A stretch of DNA of 42,006 bases, taken from positions 118,443-160,448 of the IMG/VR virus record IMGVR_UViG_3300013005_000022; one strand, given 5' to 3'. This DNA is from a virus (taxonomy: Duplodnaviria; Heunggongvirae; Uroviricota; Caudoviricetes). Both the position numbers and the translations under genes were made by a program. Shown one piece after another: positions 9,510 to 18,683 of the stretch; position 1 is the stretch's first letter, and each line of letters starts with the position of its first letter. The notes below the pieces were generated by a model. That model was not told the DNA's origin and ran no database searches. It saw only the letters and a list, made by a program, of their open reading frames with translations.

Positions 9510-10411
9510 TGCTAAAATTTAATCAATTTGTTAATCTAGTTCTTAATGAAGGAGGTAATGCCATTGAAGCTTCTCGTCCTATTCTGCAATCTGAAATAGA
9601 CGCAACCTATCAATATGTTATCAAGAACATATATCCAGCTATCGGTCTTACCGAGGATTTTGCTAAACCTATAGGTTCATTTAAGAAAAAATCACCCGAT
9701 CAAACATCTGGTGATATTGATATTGCAGTACTTGCTGATAGAATTGCTGGTGAAAACGGAATTGATTTATCTCAAGTTCTCGAATTTATTGCATCTAAGC
9801 TAAGCGCTTATTCACCAGTTGTTAGTAAAGGATTCCAACAAGTTTCCATAGGCGTTCCAATTGAAGGAAACAAGAAAAATGGTATTGCACAAATTGATTT
9901 AATGTTAACTGATAATCTGAATTTTTCTACTTTCATGTATCACTCACCGGATTTTACGAAAGCAGAATCTAAATATAAAGGACTTTATCGTAATATTCTC
10001 CTAATGAATATTATAAGCAATTCAAAAAGAGAAACTACCAAGCTAACTGACAAAGGAGAAATCGAAGAATACAAATCATATGTACTTCGTCTAAATCAAG
10101 GTGTTGTTGCGGTAACTAAATCGTTTATGGGTAAGAAAGGGTTGGTTAAGAATCCTACTCTACTTAACGATCAAGATAAATTTATGTCCAATACCCCAGA
10201 AGTTATTGCTGAATTGGCATTCGGACCTACTGTTCCAATATCTGAGATAATGACTTTTGAAGATATATGGAGACACACAACCGATTCTAAATTTATCCAC
10301 AAAGATAAATTAGATGCAATTCTAAAAGACTTTAGAACCAGGTTATTGGCTGCAAAGGTTCCATTCCCTACTGAATGCGTAGAACAATATCCTAATATAT
10401 TCACTGCATAA
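9509..10411 (+). CDS. Pol-beta-superfamily nucleotidyltransferase with capsid-targeting N-terminus
   Basis: PIGS...SGDIDIAV (GS and DxD) and third Asp in QIDLM; N-terminus MLKFNQFV...LNE-GGNA. Confidence 0.75.
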   Translation: MLKFNQFVNLVLNEGGNAIEASRPILQSEIDATYQYVIKNIYPAIGLTEDFAKPIGSFKKKSPDQTSGDIDIAVLADRIAGENGIDLSQVLEFIASKLSAYSPVVSKGFQQVSIGVPIEGNKKNGIAQIDLMLTDNLNFSTFMYHSPDFTKAESKYKGLYRNILLMNIISNSKRETTKLTDKGEIEEYKSYVLRLNQGVVAVTKSFMGKKGLVKNPTLLNDQDKFMSNTPEVIAELAFGPTVPISEIMTFEDIWRHTTDSKFIHKDKLDAILKDFRTRLLAAKVPFPTECVEQYPNIFTA

Positions 10412-11934
10412 TGTTAAAATATAACGAATTTATCCAATGGTTGAATGAATCTGCCATGGCTCCAGTTGAATGGAATGAAAAACCTAAATACCGAGTACAA
10501 TTTCTTAGCTTCTTGGAAGATAAGAGTAAAGAGCTTATTATCGACGGTAAATACAAATCATCATATCCATTTCTTACATTTAAAGTTTCGGATATCTCTA
10601 ATTTAGGAGAGATTATATCTTTTATAGAGAGCGATAAACTTGTCTCAGTTAAAGAACCTTTAATGGATGTTAATTCGGTTAAGATTCCTTTAACTCATTT
10701 ACTAAAAACTGGTCTATTTACCGGTCAATCAAAGACCTCAACCGATACCGATACCAAAGAAGGTATGGTTGTTTACTTCTACTATAATCAAGGAGTAGAT
10801 ATTCTTACTATGAAGAATTCTGAAGCGGTTGCTTTAGTAGATAAAATTCCTATGGGAGATCTACATCCAAAAGCTATGGATAAACTTCGTCTATGGCTAT
10901 CCGATTTTGATAGAGCTAATAAAGAACAAATCGATCAATGGAAATCTACTGGAATGGTAATGGCTGAATTTTTAGCCGGTGGATATCATTTAGATCGAAA
11001 CGAAATACTTACAAAAGTTAGAGATAAAGCTAGAATTCTTTCTGGATTAGCACCAGATAATTGGTGTCCTGGAGATGTTTATTTAGTAGATCCTTCTGCT
11101 AAATCTACTATACTTGATTATGTAAATAATGCAAAAACCATAGGTGAATTAAATTTATTATTCAATGATACATTCACACCAAGAAAATCTTTAGCCGAAC
11201 CAATGGGTTCTATCGTAGCCGTTTCTCTTAAGCAACAAGCGGCTAGATTAGGAAGAGCAAAAGAATTCTTAAAAACGATATCTAATAAAGATTCAATATA
11301 TAACCTTTCAAAAGATGAATTAGACAAATGTAAAACTGATGAATCTTGGGCAAAAGGTGAAATTTCTAAATATCAACAACTTTTAGGAACGGTTTCTTCT
11401 AAAGCAGATATAACTGTACATTATACACCAGGAAATGTAGATCATCTAAAATCCGATTCATTGCCTAGTAAATTAGCCGCTATTAAATTAGCATACCATC
11501 TACTTACTCTCCCTAAAGATTCACCACAAGATCTTGATGATAATCTTCTAAAAGTTCTTCAATTTGGACTTAAACAAGCGGATAAAGCAACAAATCCTCC
11601 ATATTTCAAAATCACCGGAAGTATAAAAGGTGAAGGTAGCCTAGAGTTCTTTCATGGAGGAGATACTTTAAAATTATTAATTGGCGGAATTGGTAACAAA
11701 GAAGCTAAGTTAGTTATTTTAGATATACCTAGTAGATTAGATATTGTTCTATTCTATTACGTTGCTATCGGAGATACTGCATATGAAATCCGTTTAAGAG
11801 CCGCAACTACTGGAAGTAAACAAGCTGGATTAGAATTTGAAAGAAAGGATATTATTGGTAATATTGTGGAAGATCCTATCGGAACAAAAGCCAAAATTGA
11901 CAAATTATTTCATCAAAGATCCTCGATGAAATAA
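10411..11934 (+). CDS. putative PD-(D/E)XK-like nuclease with capsid-targeting N-terminus
   Basis: TKEG, WCPGDVY and AVSLKQ resemble the E...PxD...SLK pattern of phage restriction-fold nucleases; N-terminus MLKYNEFIQWLNE-S. Confidence 0.45.
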   Translation: MLKYNEFIQWLNESAMAPVEWNEKPKYRVQFLSFLEDKSKELIIDGKYKSSYPFLTFKVSDISNLGEIISFIESDKLVSVKEPLMDVNSVKIPLTHLLKTGLFTGQSKTSTDTDTKEGMVVYFYYNQGVDILTMKNSEAVALVDKIPMGDLHPKAMDKLRLWLSDFDRANKEQIDQWKSTGMVMAEFLAGGYHLDRNEILTKVRDKARILSGLAPDNWCPGDVYLVDPSAKSTILDYVNNAKTIGELNLLFNDTFTPRKSLAEPMGSIVAVSLKQQAARLGRAKEFLKTISNKDSIYNLSKDELDKCKTDESWAKGEISKYQQLLGTVSSKADITVHYTPGNVDHLKSDSLPSKLAAIKLAYHLLTLPKDSPQDLDDNLLKVLQFGLKQADKATNPPYFKITGSIKGEGSLEFFHGGDTLKLLIGGIGNKEAKLVILDIPSRLDIVLFYYVAIGDTAYEIRLRAATTGSKQAGLEFERKDIIGNIVEDPIGTKAKIDKLFHQRSSMK

Positions 11935-11973
11935 GATAAATAAAATACACAAAAAACCAACAAAATTCAAAAT

Positions 11974-12756
11974 ATGAAACACATACAAACATTTGGTGAA
12001 TTTATTAATGAAAGCGTTAATAAGTCATCTTTTTTAAAGATGAATTCAATAGATCAGGCTAATTCGATCATTGAAGATCCTTTAGTAATGTCATATATAT
12101 CAGGAGACAAATTTGCTGGTATTATTGCTGATTTAAGAGGAGATAATGATACTATCAAAAGATTAGTAAATTCAATAAATTTAGAAGATCTTAAATTATG
12201 GCCTTTAACTAGATTAGCAGAATTTTTTCCTGAATATGGTCCTCAAGTAGTAGATATCCTATTAAAAGGAAAAGTAAAAGAGAAATTGAATTTGTCAATT
12301 TTCTTTACCCTGTACAATTCTCTTCCTAACATGAATAAGCTTAAAGATCTTCCACAAATACCTAAAGGCATATACGTAGAATCGGTTAATTGGTGTCCAA
12401 CCCTAATCGAAATTTTTACACCAGAGATATGTGCAAAATCTACAATCGCAGAAGGAAGAGGTGCAATTTATCAAGCTTTACGATTCATAACCTTACCAGA
12501 TGAATTTGTTTCGATTAAAGATAAACAAACTTACGTAGATGCTCTTTCTAAACCTATTAAAAAACAATTAGACGAGTATTCTCAAGGAGACTTAGGAAAA
12601 ATTAATGAAACTTTTACTGAAAGTGCATTTTCTAACAGATTTCTTGTAGGTAAAAACGAACAAAAATTCGTGGGAAAATACAATACTAATCTACGTTCAA
12701 ATACTCCTGAAGGATTATCCTATTTTAATAAATGGGCTACTCAGTTAACGTTTTAA
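11974..12756 (+). CDS. putative internal head protein
   Basis: N-terminus MKHIQTFGEFINE-S; GATAAATA at 11935. Confidence 0.6.
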   Translation: MKHIQTFGEFINESVNKSSFLKMNSIDQANSIIEDPLVMSYISGDKFAGIIADLRGDNDTIKRLVNSINLEDLKLWPLTRLAEFFPEYGPQVVDILLKGKVKEKLNLSIFFTLYNSLPNMNKLKDLPQIPKGIYVESVNWCPTLIEIFTPEICAKSTIAEGRGAIYQALRFITLPDEFVSIKDKQTYVDALSKPIKKQLDEYSQGDLGKINETFTESAFSNRFLVGKNEQKFVGKYNTNLRSNTPEGLSYFNKWATQLTF

Positions 12757-12789
12757 CTGAATATAAAGCTCAAAAAATAAACAAACGTT

Positions 12790-13377
12790 ATGTACACAAG
12801 AGAACAGGTAGAAGGAGCCATAAAGGCCAAAGGATACGTTTGGTTTGAAGGAGAAAAGGATTACGATGTTAATATCGTGGGAATTAGAAATTCAGCCACC
12901 GGTCAAAAAGTAACAAATGCATTTGACGATACAATAACTTTATCTTATAAAGTTGGAGGTCAGTGGAAATTTCATACATGGGCATGTACAACAGACCCAG
13001 GAAAAAAAGGTGTTATGGAATATCATAATGCTGCAGGTGTTGCAAGATTAGTTGAAGGTCAATATCGTGGATCTCATGGTATTGGTTTACATCAAGGAAA
13101 ATATGAAGCTTTAAGACAAGCTAAAAACGTTAAAGTTTATAGAGATGCTAATAAAGATTTGAATTATGACGAGAATAAAATCCAAGAAGGAGTATTCGGA
13201 ATCAATATTCATAAAGCCGGTGCAGATTCTACTTACGTAGAGAACTGGTCAGAAGGATGTCAGGTATTTAAAAGATCTAAAGATTTTGATGAATTCATGG
13301 CGATCATTCGCAAATCAAGAGATATCCACGGAAACTCTTTTACTTATACTCTTATCGAATCAATCGATATCAAATAA
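12790..13377 (+). CDS. putative peptidoglycan hydrolase (YkuD/L,D-transpeptidase-like catalytic motif)
   Basis: GINIHKAG...WSEGCQV matches the H...SxGC catalytic pattern. Confidence 0.55.
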   Translation: MYTREQVEGAIKAKGYVWFEGEKDYDVNIVGIRNSATGQKVTNAFDDTITLSYKVGGQWKFHTWACTTDPGKKGVMEYHNAAGVARLVEGQYRGSHGIGLHQGKYEALRQAKNVKVYRDANKDLNYDENKIQEGVFGINIHKAGADSTYVENWSEGCQVFKRSKDFDEFMAIIRKSRDIHGNSFTYTLIESIDIK

Positions 13378-13406
13378 AGACCTCTAAAAAATATACTTAA
13401 TGCCAC

Positions 13407-13790
13407 ATGTTCGTACCAAATCACATCCACGTACTTATTAAAGGTTACGTAAAAAATCCACCTAGAAAAGAAGAAGATCTTAATGATTGGTTTCGACGAT
13501 TGGTTGAAAAAGTAAGAATGGTAGTAGTTGCCGGACCTACCTCCGTTTATGTTAATGAACCAGGTAACGAAGGTTTAACTGGAACTGTTACTTTAGCAAC
13601 ATCACATGCATCTATACATGTATGGGATAATTTAGAACCAGCAATGTTTCAATTCGATCTATACTCTTGTTCAGAATTCACTCCACAAGAAGTAATAGAA
13701 CACTTAGAAGAATTTGATTTAGTTTCGTGTGAATGGATGTTTATCGACAGAAACAATGAAATGAAAGTTGTGGAAACCGGAAATGTTTAA
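13407..13790 (+). CDS. speD: S-adenosylmethionine decarboxylase proenzyme-like (pyruvoyl)
   Basis: GLTG...LATSHASIHVW...FDLYSC. Confidence 0.8.
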   Translation: MFVPNHIHVLIKGYVKNPPRKEEDLNDWFRRLVEKVRMVVVAGPTSVYVNEPGNEGLTGTVTLATSHASIHVWDNLEPAMFQFDLYSCSEFTPQEVIEHLEEFDLVSCEWMFIDRNNEMKVVETGNV

Positions 13791-14124
13791 GCAATTATCA
13801 AATAAATTACAACTAGTATCTTGGTTGGCAATGAACATTATCTGGTATACGGGTAATGTTCATCTAACAACTATAATGATTATCCCAACCCTACTATTAA
13901 CGGGATATGTTCTCACTTCTCAAAAAAATAAAAGAGAAGAAAACTTCGTACTTACCTCATGGGTTCTTATGAACATTGTGTGGTTGTTACATGAAATCCA
14001 AGGCTGGAGTATATTTCCAGTATTCGCATTCATGGCAATGGGAGTTATATTCTCTTTTTTGTCTATGAGATCTTGTTTACGTATCTCATGCAAAAAATCC
14101 GTTACACAAAATGGCAAAGGTTAG
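13783..14124 (+). CDS. integral membrane protein
   Basis: About four hydrophobic helices; ATG at 13783 preferred over 13768. Confidence 0.55.
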   Translation: MFKQLSNKLQLVSWLAMNIIWYTGNVHLTTIMIIPTLLLTGYVLTSQKNKREENFVLTSWVLMNIVWLLHEIQGWSIFPVFAFMAMGVIFSFLSMRSCLRISCKKSVTQNGKG

Positions 14125-14254
14125 CAACAGCGAAGTTAGAAAATTTCATGCTAAAACCAAAAAGAAAAATCCTGGAGTACATTCGAAGAAAAACTCTTCA
14201 AGCTCAAAAACTTCTAAGAATTACAGAAAAGCTTATGTAGGACAGGGAAGATAA
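14111..14254 (+). CDS. 47 aa basic peptide ending in YVGQGR; not in the ORF track
   Basis: Manual translation MAKVSNSEVRKFHAKTKKKNPGVHSKKNSSSSKTSKNYRKAYVGQGR fills the gap between neighbours. Confidence 0.65.
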   Translation: MAKVSNSEVRKFHAKTKKKNPGVHSKKNSSSSKTSKNYRKAYVGQGR

Positions 14255-14260
14255 ACTCCC

Positions 14261-14788
14261 ATGGCAAGACGTAAAGTATACAATCGAACTATTATGTTTT
14301 TCGGTCCAGTTACCGAGAACAATGTTTCTAAAGTCATCGATCAGATTGATGCCATTTTAGAAGAAGATCCGAATGATAATGGTCCCATCAAAATCATTTT
14401 ATCTAGCGAAGGTGGAGATGTATATGAAGGATTTGGTCTTATAGGTTATATGGAATCCGTTCCAATTAAATTCCACATACATTGTGTTGGAAAGATTATG
14501 TCAATGGCTTTACCTATAGCCGTTGCCGGTGACGTAGTTACCGCCTCTCCTTATTGTACTTTCATGTATCATGAAATATCGAGTTCTATTTCATCTCAAG
14601 AGAAGGTGCAGTACTTCAAACAAGAAACAAAAGAATGCGAACGTCTACAAAAGATGTATGACGAATTTCTAATCAAACACACTAAATTTGATGCTGCATT
14701 CTTAGATGATATCAAAAACAGAAGATCAGAATTCTATTTTTCTCCAAAGGAAGCTATTAAGTTTGGAGTCATATCTTCAATAGCTTAG
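14261..14788 (+). CDS. ClpP-like protease subunit 1
   Basis: SEGGDV, KIMSMA (catalytic Ser) and FMYHE (His). Confidence 0.8.
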   Translation: MARRKVYNRTIMFFGPVTENNVSKVIDQIDAILEEDPNDNGPIKIILSSEGGDVYEGFGLIGYMESVPIKFHIHCVGKIMSMALPIAVAGDVVTASPYCTFMYHEISSSISSQEKVQYFKQETKECERLQKMYDEFLIKHTKFDAAFLDDIKNRRSEFYFSPKEAIKFGVISSIA

Positions 14789-14813
14789 ATAGATATTAAA
14801 ATCAAATTACAAA

Positions 14814-15095
14814 ATGGAAAAGACTAAATCTACAACGTGGGATAACATCAAATGGTTCTTCAAAGAACTTATGAAAATGTACAGCAGCGAACCTTCATAC
14901 TTCTCTAAGAAGAGAGTTGAATCTGGTATTGCATTTGCCGTTGGTCAATGGGGTATGATATACTTCTTACTTGAGAAAATATCTTCAATGACAACTACTG
15001 ACATAGCTATTTGGGCCGGCGTTGAATTCGCAATCGGCGGTTATATGATTAACCAAATCCAAAAGGAAAAGAAAACTGAAGATCCTGCCAACTAA
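14814..15095 (+). CDS. small two-TM membrane protein, holin candidate
   Basis: Two hydrophobic helices and a charged C-terminus QKEKK. Confidence 0.45.
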   Translation: MEKTKSTTWDNIKWFFKELMKMYSSEPSYFSKKRVESGIAFAVGQWGMIYFLLEKISSMTTTDIAIWAGVEFAIGGYMINQIQKEKKTEDPAN

Positions 15096-15133
15096 TTTAT
15101 GCATATAATCAATATAATATAAATAATGAAAGC

Positions 15134-15853
15134 ATGTCGATAAAAATCGAAAGACAAGGAATACATTTTTGGTGTGAACAAGCGCCAGTAGAAATAGTAA
15201 GAAAATATCTTAGTGATGTTAAAATTATATTTGAATTTGGCTCATACGATGGTGGAGATGCTATACGATATAAAGAAACATATCCAAATGCTAGAGTTAT
15301 TTCATTTGAAGGTTGTCCAGTAAGACATTCAATTATAGATAGTTACAAAGATCAATTCGAGTTAGAGTGTTATCATTATGCGGTAAGCAATATTGATGGA
15401 ACTATTGCATTTAATCAGATGCAAGATCCTAATGAATTTTCGCCAAACAACCCGGATAAATTTGGTGGTTCTGGTAGTATATGTTCTCATACTGAACAAT
15501 ACAAAAACGAATTTAAGCATTTAGTAATATTGAATGAACCGGTTATAGTTAACTCTACTAGAATTGATACGTTTTGTAAGAACAACAACATTGATTCTAT
15601 TGATTTAATGCATATTGACGTAGAGGGTGCTGAACATTTAGTTATAAATGGATTCGGCGAAATGCGACCAAAAATTGTTTGGGCAGAAACGCATTTAGAT
15701 AAAAAATTCTATGGAGAAACTGCTTATGCTCCAGGCGAAGTAGATTCTCTATTATCATCTATGGGATATACTTTCGTATATACCGATGGATATGATCGTT
15801 TATATGTGCATGATATATTCCAATATCCTTTAAGCGCTCTTCAAGATTTATAA
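15134..15853 (+). CDS. FkbM-family methyltransferase
   Basis: FEFGSYDG, ISFEG, YAVS, TRIDTF and HIDVEGAE motifs. Confidence 0.85.
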   Translation: MSIKIERQGIHFWCEQAPVEIVRKYLSDVKIIFEFGSYDGGDAIRYKETYPNARVISFEGCPVRHSIIDSYKDQFELECYHYAVSNIDGTIAFNQMQDPNEFSPNNPDKFGGSGSICSHTEQYKNEFKHLVILNEPVIVNSTRIDTFCKNNNIDSIDLMHIDVEGAEHLVINGFGEMRPKIVWAETHLDKKFYGETAYAPGEVDSLLSSMGYTFVYTDGYDRLYVHDIFQYPLSALQDL

Positions 15854-15897
15854 TATTCAGATTTACATATAATTACTATATTCTAAATAGTAATAAG

Positions 15898-16308
15898 ATG
15901 CAAACATCAGCAGGAATCCTTTTTATCCTTAATAATAAAGCGTTATTAGCACACTCAACAAATTCACGATGGTGGAATTCATGGATGCCACCAAAAGGTC
16001 ATGTTGAGGACGGGGAGTCTTTACAACAAACTGCCGCAAGAGAAACCAGAGAAGAAATTGGTTGGGATATTGATCCTAAACATCTCAAAGAGAGTTTTTT
16101 AGTAGAGTATATGAAGAAGAATAACGTTTGGAAACAAATACACATCTTTCCAGTTTATCTAAACTCATCTAATGATGATAGAGTAAAAATCGTAGGAGAT
16201 CTTCAAAAAGAAGAAGTTGATGCTATCGAATGGATGGACCCAGATATGGTTATAAAAAGATCTAATCGAGGTTACGTCTCACACATACTTACAGCAATAA
16301 AAAAATAA
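15898..16308 (+). CDS. Nudix hydrolase
   Basis: PKGHVEDGESLQQTAARETREEIG Nudix box. Confidence 0.9.
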   Translation: MQTSAGILFILNNKALLAHSTNSRWWNSWMPPKGHVEDGESLQQTAARETREEIGWDIDPKHLKESFLVEYMKKNNVWKQIHIFPVYLNSSNDDRVKIVGDLQKEEVDAIEWMDPDMVIKRSNRGYVSHILTAIKK

Positions 16309-16314
16309 AACATA

Positions 16315-17283
16315 ATGCACGAAACAAGAATTCAGAAAGTTAAAGGTTACATTGATTCGGTAGAAAAGAAATCTAATGGAATCTATGTAAAAGGTTGGGT
16401 ATGTCCTTTGGATCGAAAAACTCCCTATGAAATAAAGTTAATGGTAGATGGAATTGAAATGCCAATTGCATCAGGTATAGATAGACCAGACGTTGCTCAG
16501 GTTTACTACAAGAATGAAAAACAATTTGGATTCCAAACCGTATTTCCAGTAGATTCTAAATCTGCATTGGTTCTTATTAAGAATGAAAATGGTGATTGGG
16601 ATTGTGTATTCGATCTATTAGATAAAAAGGTAGATGATATCGTAAAAACAACCAACCCTGATTTAGATTCAATATTCAAAAATTCTAATGAATGGAAAAC
16701 ATTCATGTGTGTTGATAATTTTTACGATGATCCAGATGCAGTTAGAGAATTTGCCCTGAATCAAGATTTTCAGCTACACAAAGAATATCACAAAGGTCGT
16801 AGAACTGATATCGTATATAGACCTGAAAGTTTAAGAGCTAAATTCGAGAAAATCATTGGAAAGAAAATTACTTCATGGGACAAATATGGAGTGAATGGAT
16901 GTTTTCAATATTGTACCGCCGAAGATCAAATAGTTTATCATTATGATTCTCAAAATTATGCAGGTGTAATTTATCTAACACCAGACGCTCCACCAGAAAC
17001 AGGTACCACTTTTTATCGTTCAAAGAAAAACAAATTAACTAAAATCCTAGATAATCCTCATGCCGTTGCAACTGGAAGATCTTTCGATGAACTACATAAT
17101 GAAACGTTTTCAACTGGATTTTACGATTCAACTCAATTCGATGTAGTAGATGTTGTTGGTAACGTTTACAATCGATTAGTTATATGGGATGCATTAACAC
17201 TACATGCTGCAACTAAATACTTCGGAACCGATCTTCATAATTCAAGACTATTCCATCTATTCTTCTTCGACGTAGAGAAATAA
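16315..17283 (+). CDS. N-terminal beta domain fused to a DUF6445-like 2OG-Fe(II) oxygenase domain
   Basis: VDNFYDDPD, HYD...YAGVIYLTP...GTTFY, NRLVIWD...HAA. Confidence 0.65.
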   Translation: MHETRIQKVKGYIDSVEKKSNGIYVKGWVCPLDRKTPYEIKLMVDGIEMPIASGIDRPDVAQVYYKNEKQFGFQTVFPVDSKSALVLIKNENGDWDCVFDLLDKKVDDIVKTTNPDLDSIFKNSNEWKTFMCVDNFYDDPDAVREFALNQDFQLHKEYHKGRRTDIVYRPESLRAKFEKIIGKKITSWDKYGVNGCFQYCTAEDQIVYHYDSQNYAGVIYLTPDAPPETGTTFYRSKKNKLTKILDNPHAVATGRSFDELHNETFSTGFYDSTQFDVVDVVGNVYNRLVIWDALTLHAATKYFGTDLHNSRLFHLFFFDVEK

Positions 17284-17289
17284 TTACTA

Positions 17290-17640
17290 ATGAAAAGGCG
17301 TATTAAATTCACAAAAGAACTAAATGATTGGTTTGCAGAAATTCCTGAATGGGAAGGATCTCGTGCTGATTTACAAATGGTAATGGGTGCAGATGCATTC
17401 CTAGATCTTCTTTGTCAAGGTGAATGGGATGTTTGGTTAACTCTATCTGATGAGAAAATGAAAGGGTGGGGTGGAGATCCAGAAGAACTTCATTTAATAC
17501 GAGAAGATGAAGAGATTGGTGGAGGTTACTACACATTAAAAACCTATAAAGGAATAGAATTCAATTTAGAGATGTGGCTTTGTGATGTTACTAAATTCAT
17601 CTTTGGTCGAATGCCAGAAACAATTTATTTTTATGGTTAA
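17290..17640 (+). CDS. DUF6717-like protein
   Basis: GADAFLD...GGYY...WLC...F..MPETIY pattern. Confidence 0.55.
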   Translation: MKRRIKFTKELNDWFAEIPEWEGSRADLQMVMGADAFLDLLCQGEWDVWLTLSDEKMKGWGGDPEELHLIREDEEIGGGYYTLKTYKGIEFNLEMWLCDVTKFIFGRMPETIYFYG

Positions 17641-17667
17641 GTTCATATAATTTAAAATCAACAAAAA

Positions 17668-17991
17668 ATGGAAATACATCACAAAAGATTAGGACGCTGC
17701 AAACTCCTATTACAATTTGAAGGTCGTAAAAATCAAATGGCCTTAGTTACATGTAAGAAAACATACGATGACAATAACTCCATCGTTGATACTCGCGGTA
17801 CATATCTACATCCTTCTAAGCCTACAATTTGGATGTTATGGGGTTCACTTGAACAAGACCTATCTGATGCCGGTATTACTAAAATGGAAACTCCTACTGG
17901 TCGTCCTCTACGACAATCTCCGGCTACTAGAAAATTTATGGAAGCGACTAAATATGTTGATGAATTAACGCTTAGACGAATAATCAAGTGA
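17668..17991 (+). CDS. hypothetical protein
   Basis: Intact ORF after CATATAAT at 17644. Confidence 0.55.
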   Translation: MEIHHKRLGRCKLLLQFEGRKNQMALVTCKKTYDDNNSIVDTRGTYLHPSKPTIWMLWGSLEQDLSDAGITKMETPTGRPLRQSPATRKFMEATKYVDELTLRRIIK

Positions 17992-18683
17992 AAAAAGTAG
18001 AAGCTCTATTTATATCAGATGTTCATCTAGGAAGCAAAGGATCCAATGCAGCAAAATTGCTAGAAGTACTAAAGCAGTATGAACCGGAAAAACTATTCAT
18101 CGTTGGAGATTTTATCGATGGTTGGTTACTTAAAAAACGACACTACTGGACCCAAGATTATACAAATGTAATTCGAAAAATCCTTTCGTATTCAAAGAAA
18201 GGAACTCAAGTAATTTACATAACTGGAAATCATGATGAGTTCTTACGAACTTATGTTCCAATGGATCTTGGTGAAAATATTCAAATCGTAGATGAGTATA
18301 TATGGAATGGATATTACATAACTCATGGTGATTTGTATGATGGTGTTGTGAGTATGAAATGGTTAGCGCATTTAGGTTCTGCTGGATATGAATTGGCAAT
18401 CACAATAGATCGATTCATGAAGAAATTTGGTTATAAAAAATCTCTTTCTAAATGGGCAAAAGATTCAGTAAAAGATGCGGTGAAATTTATCACTTCGTTC
18501 GAATCTCAATTAGCATATCAAGCAGCGAGAAGAGATTGTAAAGGTGTTATATGTGGACACATCCATAAACCTGAAAATAAAAAGATCGATCATATACACT
18601 ACCTCAATTGTGGAGATTGGATCGAAAATAATTCTTACATAATATATGATAAAGAAAAATTTGACAATCGTCATTCCTTGTAA
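17988..18683 (+). CDS. LpxH-like metallophosphoesterase (UDP-2,3-diacylglucosamine diphosphatase family)
   Basis: SDVHLG, GDFID, GNHD, HGD and GHIH motifs, ending in NCGDW. Confidence 0.85.
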   Translation: MKKVEALFISDVHLGSKGSNAAKLLEVLKQYEPEKLFIVGDFIDGWLLKKRHYWTQDYTNVIRKILSYSKKGTQVIYITGNHDEFLRTYVPMDLGENIQIVDEYIWNGYYITHGDLYDGVVSMKWLAHLGSAGYELAITIDRFMKKFGYKKSLSKWAKDSVKDAVKFITSFESQLAYQAARRDCKGVICGHIHKPENKKIDHIHYLNCGDWIENNSYIIYDKEKFDNRHSL

